A stretch of DNA of 64,000 nucleotides from assembly GCA_965240325.2 (NCBI GenBank), contig OZ251237.1, positions 186,001 through 250,000 on the forward strand, given 5' to 3'. The position numbers and the translations under genes are program-made. This stretch comes from Rebecca billardiae RCC1528. Its lineage: Eukaryota > Protista > Haptophyta. A model generated the notes under the pieces. The model saw only the letters and a list, made by a program, of their open reading frames with translations, ran no database searches and was not told the DNA's origin. Shown piece by piece: positions 49,847 through 60,979 of this stretch (position 1 is its first letter; the number at the start of each line of letters is the position of its first letter).

Positions 49847-52800
49847 ATGAGGACGACGTGCTGTCTCCTCCTCGCGCTGAGCGTGCGCGCTGGGCATGCG
49901 TCCGTCACGCTCGACCACACGGGCCCTGCCTTCACGCTCGACGTGGACGTGCCGCTCGACGGCCACGCGGCGCTCGACGTGAACGGCACCGCGTTCCTCG
50001 AGAGCGCGCCCGGCGGCGGCATCCGACCGGCGCTGGACACCGCGCTCATCGACACGTTCCGGCAGGACCTCGTCGGCATCTGGTCGTTCGACGAGCTCGT
50101 GGGCGGCGGCCCCGCCGCGAGCAGCCCCGACAATGCCAGCGTGATCGAGCGCGCGCGCGTGGCCGACCTGAGCGCGCGCAACGCCGACGCGATCATCAGC
50201 GGCGCGGGCAGCGCGCCCCCGCTCGTGCCCGGGCGCTTCGGCTCGGCGCTGCGCGTGGGCGCGGGCCTGGACAACTGGGCGCAGATCTTCCCCGGCCCGT
50301 TCGACAAGACTGCCCCGGCCAACGGCCTCGCGGTCGCGGTCTGGCTGCAGCCGGCCGGCCGGCTTATGAGCACCTGGGTGTGGGAGCGCCAGTTCGGCAA
50401 CTTTGACCTCGCGACGCAAGAGTACCAGCAGTGCGTGTACTGCTCGACGCGCGACGACCTCGGCGGCGCGTGGACCGCAATGCACTGCTACGGTGAGGGC
50501 GTGCTCGTGCCCGGTGAGTGGCTGCATGCCGCGTGCTCGCTGCGGCCGGCCGATGCCGCCGCGGGCGTGGCCCAGCCCGTGCTCGAGCTCTTCCTCAACG
50601 GCACGCTGGCGGCGAGCGTCGCCGCGCCTCACGGCGCGGCCGAGCTCTCGCACGGCGACGGGATGCCGTTCGGGCTCGGCAACCGGCCGGGCTCGACCGC
50701 CAACCTCGCACAGTACGCGAGCAGCAACACCTTTGACGGCGCGCTCGACGAGTTTGCCATGTGGAGCCGGCCCATCACGGCGGCCGAGGCGGCGGCGCTC
50801 GCGGCGGGGCAGGGCGGCGCGCTGGCTCCGGCGCCGGGGATCGAGCTCACGACGCGCACGCTCGTGCGCAGGGATGCGAGCTCGGCGCACGCGCGCGAGG
50901 CCGAGGCGCTCCTCGTCGAGTGGGAGCAGAACGGCGCCGCGCCGCCGCCCGCGCCGTCCGGCGCGGCGCTGCAGGTCTCGGTCTCGACGGACGGGGGCGG
51001 CACCTTCTGCGACGTGCAGCCCGGCGAGCCCTTCTCCGACGCGCTGCACGGCGGCGAGAAGCTGGAGTGCCTCTTTCCCACGGTCTCGCTCACGCTGCGC
51101 GTGCGCTGGCGAACGAATGCCACGCTCACCAAGCTGCGGGTCTCATTTTTGCAGCAGTCGCCGCTGCCGCTGCCGCCCGAGCACCAGCCGCCGGTCGTGC
51201 CGGTCGGGATGAACCTCGCGGGCGTCTCCTACTGGGGGACGGCGTGGCCGTTCACCGACGTGTGGCAGTCGTCGGGCGGTCAGCTCTGGCCGCACGTGCG
51301 CGCGGGCGTGGACGCTGACGGCTGGCCGCTCGAGCTCGACCCCGCGCTCGACCAGCCCGAGGGGCAGTACTGGGTGGCCGGCCGCGCTATCCTCCTCACC
51401 AGCCATGACGACCGGCCGTACCCGAACGGCACGTACACGCTCGTGGCGAACGGCAGCGGCACGATCGCGCTGCGGTGGGACAGCGGCTCGCACACGGTCA
51501 GCGCGCCGTGCGTGTACACATTCGAGGTTGCGCAGCCCACCGGCGCGGGCTTTGAGCTCACCATCGACGAGTCCACGCGCGGAGACCACGTGCGCGGCGT
51601 GCAGGTGCACATGCCCGGCTTTGGCCCGCTGAGCACCGCAGAGGACGGCGACGCGCGCTTCCACCCCACGTTCCTGCAGACGCTGCGCGGCTTCAGCGTG
51701 CTTCGCTTTATGGACTGGGGGCGCACCAACGGCAACAATGTGGCGCACTGGGCGCAGCGCAATACGCCGACCTCCGTCTCACAGGCGCGCGCGCCAGTGC
51801 TCGCCGCGCGGGCGCCCCTGCCGCCTCCGCCGAGCGTGCGCCTGACGCGCGCCAGGCCGCACCCCCTCTCGCGCGCGTGCGCTCCGCGCGCGGCGCCGCG
51901 CCTCGGCGCGCAGGGCACCGAGTGGCGGCTTCGCTTCGACGTCGTCAGCCTCTCCCCCACGAGCAGCGCGTTCGCCGGGCCGCTGTGCGTGCGCGTGCAG
52001 ACGGCGACGCCGCACGGGCTCGTGACCGGGCAGCGCGTGACGCTGCTCGAGACCAACGGCACGCTCGCTGTCCGGCACGGCCCAGGCGGCGCGGAGGAGG
52101 CGGTGGGGTACGACGTGGCGCAGCCCTCGATGGTGCACGTGCTCTCGCCGGACGCGTTCGCGCTCTCCTTCGCCCAGTGGGGGTGGGGCGCGGACACGGA
52201 GGTCTCGCGCTTCACCAACGGCACCGCGGGCGTGGTCGAGCTCGAGCTCAAGCCGGGCGTCTCGGCGGAGGCGATGGCGGAGCTGGCGAACACGCTGGGC
52301 GCGGACGCGTGGATCTGCGTGCCGCACCTCGCGACGGACGCGTACGTCTCCTCGCTCGGCGCGCTGTGGCGGGACGCGCTGCGCCCGGGGCTCAAGCTGT
52401 ACGTCGAGCTGTCCAACGAGGTGTGGAACTGGGCGCCAGGTGAGGCGCGGCGCGCGCGCGCGCTGCATGCGCAAGGGCCGCGACCGCGCAGCCCGGCCCG
52501 TGCCGGATCGCGAGCGTTGCCCTGCGCGGTCGCGGCTGCGCGCGCGGCCGCCACCACGCGCCGCCGACGCGCGCGTGCGCGCCTGCCTCTCCCGCCCGCG
52601 CCGCGCGCTACGCGCCACCTCAGCCTTCACGCAGACGCGGTACGCGAGCCAGATCATGGCGCTGCGCGGCTCGACCGCGGGAGATCGCCATCTCGTGTGG
52701 TACGGCCAGCGCGCGGCGGAGGTGTTCGCGCTCTTCGACGCGGCGTACGGCGGGCGCGAGGCCGCGCGCGCGGCGGGCGTGGTGCGCGTGCTCGCTGTGC

Positions 52801-54281
52801 AGGGCGGCGGCGGCACGAACGTCGTCGAGGCCGCGGGCGGCGCGGGCTCGGCCGACGCGCTCGCCATCGCGCCCTACTTTGGCGGCTCGCTCAACGCGGA
52901 GCTGTTCGCGCGGCCCGACCACGCGACGATGCCGCTCGACGAGATCCTCGACGCTGCGCGCGCCAAGGTGGCGGTGGACACGCTGCGCTCGGCGCGCGGC
53001 TCGGCGGCGGTGGCGGCGGCGTTCGGCCTCGAGCTGATCGCGTACGAGGGTGGGCAGCACCTCGGCGGCTCCGGCCCGGGCTGCGACGGCGACTGCTCCA
53101 ACGCCGCCGCTCTGCAGGCGCGCTTCCACGAGGCCAACGCCGACCCGCGGATGCGCGGTCTGTACACGAGCATGCTGCGCGCGTGGGCGGGCGCGAACGG
53201 CTCGACGTTCGCCGCGTTCAGCCACGTCTCGCGCAACTCCAAGTGGGGGTCGTGGGGCGTGCTGCAGTACCAGGACGAGCCGCTCAGCAAGGCGTACAAG
53301 CTGCAGGCGCTGCTCGAGGGGCAGGACACCGCGGCGACCCCGATGCCGAGCGACCCGCCACCGTCACCGCCGTCGCCCCCGCCGAGCCCGCCGCCGACGC
53401 CGCCGCCAAGTCCGCCGCCGAGCCCACCGGTGCCCAGTCCACCGCCGTCCCCGCCACCGGCTGCTCCGCCGAGCCCGCAGTCAAGCTCGCCCCCACCGAG
53501 CCCGCCGCCGACGCCGCCGCCAAGTCCGCCGCCGAGCCCACCGGTGCCCAGTCCACCGCCGTCCCCGCCACCGGCTCCCCCGCCGAGCCCGCAGCCAAGC
53601 TCGCCCCCGCCGAGCCCGTTGCCGTCGCCGCCCCCATCGCGGCCGCCGCCGCCGCCGCCTTCGCCGTCACCATCCGAGGGCGAGCTCGCCATCATCGGCA
53701 TCAACACACGCGGGGACCGCGACAAGCTGCTGCTCGTCGCCCTCGCGCCCATCCCCGGCGGCACCGTGTACAAGGTGACGGACGACGGCTGGACGGCGAG
53801 TGGCCAGTGGCGCGGCCGCGAGGCGACCGACACGTACGTGGTGCCGCCGGGCGGCCTGGCGTACGGGGAGCGCGTGCGCGTGCGCCTGCAGGGGCTGGGC
53901 GCGCGCCGGGGCGAGCAGGTGTACGTGTACAAGGGCAGCGCGGCGGCGCCGGATTTCGTCTTTGCGCTCACCACCAAGCCGGCGTGGGACGCCGAGGCGA
54001 GCGACGCGTCCGAGGGCACGCTGCCAGCGGGGCTGCGGCTGGGGTACAGCGCCGTCGCGTTCGCCGACGGCCGACGCGCCAACGGTCGATACGATATGGT
54101 CGCGCACGGGCTGCCTCCCGCGCGCGAGCGCGCGCTCGAGCAGATTGGTGATCATCGCAACTGGCAGACGAGGAACAGGCGGTTCAAGCCGCTCGAGCAG
54201 CCGCTCACGCCATTCCGCCTGTTCACTGGCGCCGCTGAAGCGCTCGTCCGCGACTCAGTATTATCGTCGTCAGCAGCATGA
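49847..54281 (+). CDS. Secreted modular protein: LamG/ConA-like domain + GH-A-like glycosidase-type domain + Ser/Pro linker + bacterial-type C-terminal domain; introns 51785-51913 (probable GC-AG) and 52440-52623
   Basis: Signal peptide; WSFDE, LFLNG, FDGALDEFAMWSR (LamG); GMNL..YW, LRFMDW, WICVPH, YVELSNEVWN, AYEGGQH, WGSWG; SPPP repeats at 53345-53675. Confidence 0.75.
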
Positions 54282-54485
54282 CTGACTGACTACAGTGACG
54301 TCATTATATTCGGATGCTGACAGGCCCTGAGTCACTGGCGGCCTGACAGCGCATCATCGCGACTGATGATGATCGTATCCATTATTGATCGACAAGCAGA
54401 GGCGCGACTCAGCCGTCAGCGACTGTGCCGACTGACGTCGACGAGGCACGAGCCCATCATAGCTGCTGAGGCTGCGCTGCGCGTC

Positions 54486-55902
54486 TCAAATCTCGAGTTG
54501 GGCTGGGCTGGGCGCTGCAGTGGCCGTATCAGGCGTATGGTCCGCGCCGACTTCCCGCGGCTGCCGCGCATCGGCGAGGCGTTTGCGGAACACAAGCGCG
54601 ATGACGAAGGCTGCGAGCCCGAGGACCACAACGATCCCGCCGACGGCGAAGAAGGCGACCTGCGGCGAGACGACATACAGCTGCACTGAGATCACTGGCA
54701 TGAAGGCGACGGCCGAAAAGTGGAAGAGCTTCTGGATGCCCATCATGCCCCCGGTGAGGTCGGGGCTGATCACCTCGATCGCCGCGGAGAGCGCCACGTC
54801 CGCCGGGACGAGTGACATCACCACCGCCGAGAAGGTGCCTGGCATCGCGCACACGAGGAACGGCCAGAAGCTCTCCATCTCGAAGAGCAGGCCGCTCACG
54901 GCGAGGAGCGTGCCGCCGACAAGCATGCCGAGCGTCATGCCCAGCTCCAAGGGCAACAGCTTGCTGACGAGCGGGCTGATTGTGAGCTGAGTGAGCATCA
55001 CGCTTCCGATCGCGATGTAGTACGAAACGCCCGACCAGAAGGCGCCGTCCGCACCGGTGAGGCCGTACTGGTCGACGAGCACGATGCCGTTGAGGGTGCT
55101 GGTCGTGCCGAACAGCACGCCAGCCGCGAGGGCGATGGCGGTGGAGAGCCACCAGCCCATCGACTTGAAGCCGGCGCGCATCGTCGGCACATCCTCGCCG
55201 CGTGCCTTGGCTTGCGAGTTCTCGGCGCGCGCCTGGATGCGGTCGGCGGCGGTGCGCGGCTCCTTGAGGAAGATGAGGATGATCCCCGCGAGCCCCGACG
55301 CCCCGGCCGTGATGAGACAGCCAATGAGCCACGAGCCCGTCGCGGCGCCGATGCCCGCGCCGGCGAGGAAGCCGAGCAAGAAGTCGAGCACGAGCAGGCT
55401 CATCACACGCTCGCGGTGCTCGACGGTGGAGGAGTCGATCACCCACTTCTGCCCACCGCCTGAAAGCGCACGCGGAATGGGAGCGCACGGGTGACGGCTC
55501 AGCTTGGGGTAGGCAGGCACCGCGTGATGCGAGCGCACTGTGCGCACCGATGGCGTTGCACATCGCGCCGAAGAATCGCACTGCCGCGAGCGCGGGCACG
55601 CTGGTCATGAAGGCCGAGAGCGTGAAGAAGATCACGTTGCCAAACATGGAGACGAGGAGCGCCTTCTTGGGTCCATAGTAGTCCGCCATGCCGCCGAGGA
55701 GCGGCGTCCCAATCATCTGTCCCAAAAAGTTGGCAGTGAGCACTACGCCGACAGCCTCGACCGGCTCGCCGAGCGAGTTGAGGTGCACCGCGATGAGCGG
55801 AAGGATCACACTGACGCCGACGACGTCCACAAATATTGGGATGAGCCCCGGCATGGCCTTGATGGCCTCCTGCCGGAACGTCGTCTGGACTGGCGCCGTC
55901 AT
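54486..55902 (-). CDS. MFS transporter (DHA1/TetA-like); intron 55460-55547
   Basis: D in TM1, motif A GGMADYYGPKK, R in TM4, about 12 hydrophobic segments; the splice keeps the frame. Confidence 0.85.
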
Positions 55903-56163
55903 GGCCTTCGTCGAAGACTCCTTCTCTCGCGCTGAGCTCTTCGGTGGCGTGACACCCCCTTGGCGTGACGGACCCCCTGCTCGATTTCAAGATTCCTCTT
56001 CCAGTTACGTTAATTGAAACCTGAAACTATTGCTCCGTACATGATTGTATCGGCGACTGACCTCGGCAGGGTCGACAATCGAGAGCATGCAATGCCGCCG
56101 ACCAATCAGGAGACCGATCGGCAAACCCATCGGCAAACGAACTCGGCAGCCGAAGAGCGCAGG

Positions 56164-57733
56164 ATGCACACGCCGGCGATGCACGTGCATCCTGCGGCGT
56201 CAGAGCGGCTCCATGTTGCCTTCGCGTGCATGGACATGAGCGGGCACCTCATGCCGCTCCTCCCTTTCATGGCGGAGCTGCTCGAGCGTGGCCACGACGT
56301 CACCGCCTTCGTGCACAATGACCCCAAGTATGTGAAGATGCTCCGCAGCTTCGGATTGGAGGCGGTGCGGGTCGTGCAGGTCGACCTCAACCCGATCGGT
56401 GACATGGGCACCGAAGGAAGCGGCGCGCGGCGGCCGGGCCTCTGCGCCATGCTCGCCGGCGGAGGCCCGTTGGCGTATCACGCGCGGCCGCTCTTCGACG
56501 CCATCGTGCAGGACAGCTCGATGCTGCCTTCCCCCAACGTGGTCGGTCTGACGCCGCGCCGCCGCACAACGCGCCAAAGTCCGCACCGCAGCTCTGCCGC
56601 TCGGGTCCGCAGTGGCCCGACAGACGTGCCCACTGCGCCCTGCCCACCGCGCCCGCGCCCGCGCCGCAGTCGCCGACTTCTTCACGAGCGCCGCGCTCGA
56701 CGCCGGCGACGCGCTCGGCGTGCCCGCCGTCGTCGTCTTCCCCAACCCGCTCGGCATGACCTCGCTCGTGGCGCCGCGCCTTCGCGGCGTGTCCGGCTCG
56801 GCGCATGCGCTCGCGTGCCGCGCGGCAGAGGCGGTGCTGGCGCGCCTCCTCCTCCTCCTGCGCAACCGCGAGCGGCGCGTCCGCGGCCTGCGCCCGATGG
56901 CGGAGCAGGACCTGTATCCGTGCGACACGATGGCCCGGCCCTTCCTCTGCACCACGGCCATCGGCTACGAGTACCCGTTCCCGCAGCCGCCGCTCGCGCA
57001 CTTCGTCGGGCCAACCGCGCCGCGCCAGTTCGCGCCCGTGGACGGGCCGCTCGGCGCGTGGCTCGGCGAGGCTGAGGCGCGCTCGGAGGACGTCGTCTTC
57101 GTGGCGTTTGGCACGATGCACGTGTTCAGCGAGCGCGGCGCGCGCGAGCTGCTCGCGTCGCTCGAGGCCGTCGCCGCGGCGGGGTCGGCGCGCGTGCTGT
57201 GGGCGCTGCCTGCCAAGCAGCAGGGCCTCCTCGGCGCCGGCGCGCTCGAGCGCTCGCGCGTGCGCGTCGAGCCGTTCGTGCCGCAGGCCGCGGTGCTCCG
57301 CCACGCGAGCACGCGCTGCTTCGTGAGCCACTGCGGCGCGAACTCGGTCGCGGAGGCGCTGCTCGCCGGCACGCCACTCGTCTGCTGCCCGCAGATGGCG
57401 GACCAGCCCGCCAACGCCGCGCGCGTCGTAAGCAGCGGCTGCGGCGTGCTCGCGCGCGGCCGCGGCGGCGTGGAGAAGGCGTGCCTTGAGGTGCTGCGCG
57501 ACCGCACGCAGTTCGAGGCGGCGCTCGCGCGGATGGGCGCCGTGATCGCTGGCGCCGGCGGCGCGGGGCGGGGAGTGGACGTGATTGAGCTTGTGGCGAG
57601 GACGGGCTACGCTCACCTGAGCAACGGGCGCGCGCGGGCGTCTTGGCTGCGCCGTGCGGCTGCGACGATGCTCATTGCCATTGGCATCGGCGTTGCCGCC
57701 CGATGGGGCGCTACGCAGGGCCGCAATATTTAA
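56164..57733 (+). CDS. UDP-glycosyltransferase (GT1); intron 56546-56669
   Basis: SGHLMP, RGHDVT, VVVADFF across the splice, FGT, and the PSPG box FVPQAAVLRH...FVSHCGANSVAEALLAGTPLVCCPQMADQ; C-terminal hydrophobic tail. Start codon uncertain. Confidence 0.9.
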
Positions 57734-58032
57734 TAACGCAGGCCAGCTGACAGTCGACATCATTTAAGCAGGCTATCGGCATAACGCCATCATCACGCAC
57801 GATAACAGTGGCATCCGAGCGCAGCACCACCCGTCCACCGTGATGCCATCGGGCTCGGCCCACCGTGCACGCGCGCCACATCAGTCATCATATATCACTA
57901 GCTCAATATACTCATTGTCAGTCACATTGTCAGCCTGGCACAGGCCCAGGGCTGACGACAGGCCCATCATCGCTGCCACTGCTGATGCGGCCACTGCCGC
58001 CCCCGGAGACCCAGTGGCGCAGTATTCTGCTA

Positions 58033-60678
58033 CTACAAGAGCTCGATGGGCAGCAAGCCCCGCACGCCCCGGCCGCCCCAGTCGTGCTGATGCGGCCGAT
58101 CGGCATCGGCCGGCTGCGACGACACCGCCGCCGCCGACGGCGGCCTCGGCGGCGCGGCCGGCGTCGGCGGCGCCGCGCCGATCGCGCGGATCGTCTCGAG
58201 CGACTCGCGGTGCGACGCGCGCATCGCGTCGCGCTCGGTGCGCGCGCGCGCGGCGTCGCGCTCCGCCCGCACGCAGCGGTCGCGCAGCTGTGCGACGAGC
58301 GCGACGAGCTCGGCGAGCTGCCGCGCGTCGGACTCGGCCTTGAGCGCGAGCGCGGCCGCGGCGTGCTCCGACGCGGCCGCGAGCGCGTCCGCGCGTGCCG
58401 CGGCGTCGGCGAGCGCGGCCAGCCGGCGCTGCGCGGTGTCGAGCAGCCTCGCGGCCGCGTGCTCCACCGCCGCGTCCGCCGTGCGCTCGCGCTCGCGCGC
58501 GTCGAGCAGCGCGTGCGCCTCGGCGGCGTGCGCGCGCGCGCGCTTGGCCTCGCGCCGCGCGGCGGACGCCTGCCTCGCCGCGTCGGCGCCGCGCTCGTCC
58601 GCCGCCGCGCGCGACGCCTCGGCGGCCGCCAGCTGCGCGCGCGCCCCCGCGCACTCGGCGCGCGCCGCCTCCGCCTCGCGCCGCGCGTCGTCCGCGATCA
58701 CGGCGAGCGCGTGCGCCTTCGCCTCGAGCGGCACGCGCTCGGCGATGGCGTCGGCGGCGGCCCGGTCCGCCGCGGCCGCGCGCTCCGCCGCAGAGCTCGC
58801 GCCGGACGCCGCCGCGCGCTCGAGCGCCTCGGCGCGCTCCGCCGCGAGCGCGGCCGCGCGCTCGAGCTCCTCGAGCTGCGCGGCGAGCGAGCGGCCCTCC
58901 GCCTTGGCCTCGGCGGCGCGCTCGGCGCGCGCGGCGTCGAGCTCGGCGCGCGTGGCGTCGAGCTGGCGGCGCAGCGCGGAGCGCTCGTCCGCGGCGGTGC
59001 GCTCGACCGACGCGAGCTGGCCTTTGCAAAGCTCCGCCGCCTCCGCCGCCTCCGCCGCGCGCCGCTCCGCCGCGGCGCGCCCCTCGTCCGCGCGCCGCGC
59101 CGCCTCGGTCGCCGCGTGCGCGCGCGCCGCCTCGGCCTCCAGCTGCCGCGCCGCGTCCGCGAGCGAGGCCTCAGCCGCGTCGAGCCGCGCGCGCGTCGCG
59201 TCCGCGTCGGCGCGCGCGCTGCGCTCGCGCGCGCGCGCCGCCTCGGCCTCGGCCGTCGCGCGCGCGCGCGACTCGGCCGCGGCCGCCTCGCGCGTCGCGG
59301 CCGCGGCCGCTGTCGCCTCGGCCGCGGCCGCGGCCGAGGCCGCGCGGGCCGCCGCCTCCTCGGCCGCGGCGAGCGCCGCCTGCTGTCGCCTCTCCACCTC
59401 CGCCGCCGCCGCTGCCGCCGCCGCCTCCGCCTCCGCCTCCGCCTCCGCCGGCGCGGACGCCAGCGCCTCCGCCCCGCCGTGCTCGCTCGCCGCCGCCCCG
59501 TCCTCGGAGCCGTCCGCGTCGGAGCCGGTGGCCCGCCGATGGCGCAGGGCGGGGCGGCGCGGCGTGCGACCGGCTCGGTCCACTCTCGAGCTGAGGGCGT
59601 CGCGCTCACCGCGCGTAGTGGCGAGCTCGTCGCGCAGCCGGAGGATCTCGGCGCACGCCGCGCCGAGCTCCACCTCCAGCGCCGCCGAGCGTGCGCGCTC
59701 CGAGCCCGCCGCCGAGCGCAGCACCTGCAGCTGGCGCGCGCTGCTGGCGCCGTGCGCGCGCACCGGGCCGGCCTCGCTCAGCGCGAGCCGGCGAGACGCG
59801 CCGACGAGCATCTGCCGCATCGCGCCGTCGCGCCGCACGATGGTCTCCTCGGCGAACGCGCCGGCCTCCTCGCGCTGCTCATAGTCGTACCATCGCACCT
59901 CCTCCACCGCACCCTCCTCCGCCTCCGCCTCCTCCGCCTCCGCCTCCGCCGCCGCCGCCACCGCCCTCGGTGCAGCCCGCGGCGGCAGGCCGTGTGCCAT
60001 GCGGCCTCCGTCCGTCATCACGCCCACGCTCGCGCGCGCACGGGAGGGCGGCGGGCGCGCGGGCTCGGCGGACTCGGCGGCGGCTGCTGCTGCTGCGTCC
60101 TCCACCTCGCCCAGCTCCTCCGCCAGCACGGCCAGCGTGACGGCGTGCGCCACCCACTCGTCCTGCCATGCAGCGCCGAGGTCGACCAGCCGCTCGGTCA
60201 GCTCGGCGTGCAGCGTCGCCTCCGCGCTCAGCCGGTGCGAGCGCACGCCGGTGGAGGAGTGCGACGGCGTGAGCACGGCGGGGGAGAGCGAGGCGTGGGG
60301 CGTGCCGACCAGAGAGGGCTGGCGCGAGGAGCGGCGCGAGCTCGGCCGTGAGCCCGAGAGCTGACGGCCGAGCGGCGGCAGCGAGGAGCCCAGCTCGACT
60401 GAAAGGTGCCGGACGCCGTCGCCGCCGTCGTGGGACTTGGCGCGCGCGCGGCGCGGGCTGGTCGATGGTCGGAGGTACGTCGTCTCGGTCTCGACGGCTG
60501 GTGGCGCCGCGGTCGTTGCCTCGGCCTCGCTGCGCTGCGCACCGTCGGCGGCGGCGACGGTGACGCTCACCGTCGGCGGCGGCGACAGCGCGCTTGGCTG
60601 GCGCGCCTGCGTACGCGCGAGCGGGGTCTCGCCCGCGGCGCCGGCTGCCCCGGGCCGTCGCACGGGCGAGCCGAACAT
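58033..60678 (-). CDS. Coiled-coil hypothetical protein
   Basis: ATG 60678 (MFGSPVRR) in the 918-aa ORF; Ser-Pro-rich head and long Ala/Glu/Arg heptads. Confidence 0.65.
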   Translation of the reverse strand: MFGSPVRRPGAAGAAGETPLARTQARQPSALSPPPTVSVTVAAADGAQRSEAEATTAAPPAVETETTYLRPSTSPRRARAKSHDGGDGVRHLSVELGSSLPPLGRQLSGSRPSSRRSSRQPSLVGTPHASLSPAVLTPSHSSTGVRSHRLSAEATLHAELTERLVDLGAAWQDEWVAHAVTLAVLAEELGEVEDAAAAAAAESAEPARPPPSRARASVGVMTDGGRMAHGLPPRAAPRAVAAAAEAEAEEAEAEEGAVEEVRWYDYEQREEAGAFAEETIVRRDGAMRQMLVGASRRLALSEAGPVRAHGASSARQLQVLRSAAGSERARSAALEVELGAACAEILRLRDELATTRGERDALSSRVDRAGRTPRRPALRHRRATGSDADGSEDGAAASEHGGAEALASAPAEAEAEAEAAAAAAAAEVERRQQAALAAAEEAAARAASAAAAAEATAAAAATREAAAAESRARATAEAEAARARERSARADADATRARLDAAEASLADAARQLEAEAARAHAATEAARRADEGRAAAERRAAEAAEAAELCKGQLASVERTAADERSALRRQLDATRAELDAARAERAAEAKAEGRSLAAQLEELERAAALAAERAEALERAAASGASSAAERAAAADRAAADAIAERVPLEAKAHALAVIADDARREAEAARAECAGARAQLAAAEASRAAADERGADAARQASAARREAKRARAHAAEAHALLDARERERTADAAVEHAAARLLDTAQRRLAALADAAARADALAAASEHAAAALALKAESDARQLAELVALVAQLRDRCVRAERDAARARTERDAMRASHRESLETIRAIGAAPPTPAAPPRPPSAAAVSSQPADADRPHQHDWGGRGVRGLLPIELL

Positions 60679-60979
60679 GGCGCGGCCTAGCACGGTGGTG
60701 GTGGCGGTCTGATGCTTGAGAGACGAGCCTAGCACGGTGGTGGCGCGCGGCGCGCCCCTAAGTATTGCGCGGGGTGGTGCAGGCCTCACGGCCGTGGCCC
60801 GTCCTCCATGTTGGCGAAGGTCGGAAGGATTTGAAATGCCAACTCTTGATCATCAGGCATGTAAGATTTCTCGATGGGCTATTATTGCGCTCTGGCGGAT
60901 CCGCTTGCTCAGGCGGGACGATGCGTGGGATCGATCCGGACGATCCCTGATTCCCTAACGGGATGGTCGAACAAGCACG

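Noticed and set aside
60685-60746. CCTAGCACGGTGGTGG direct repeat upstream of the ATG at 60678
   Set aside because: A small local duplication with no evidence of function.
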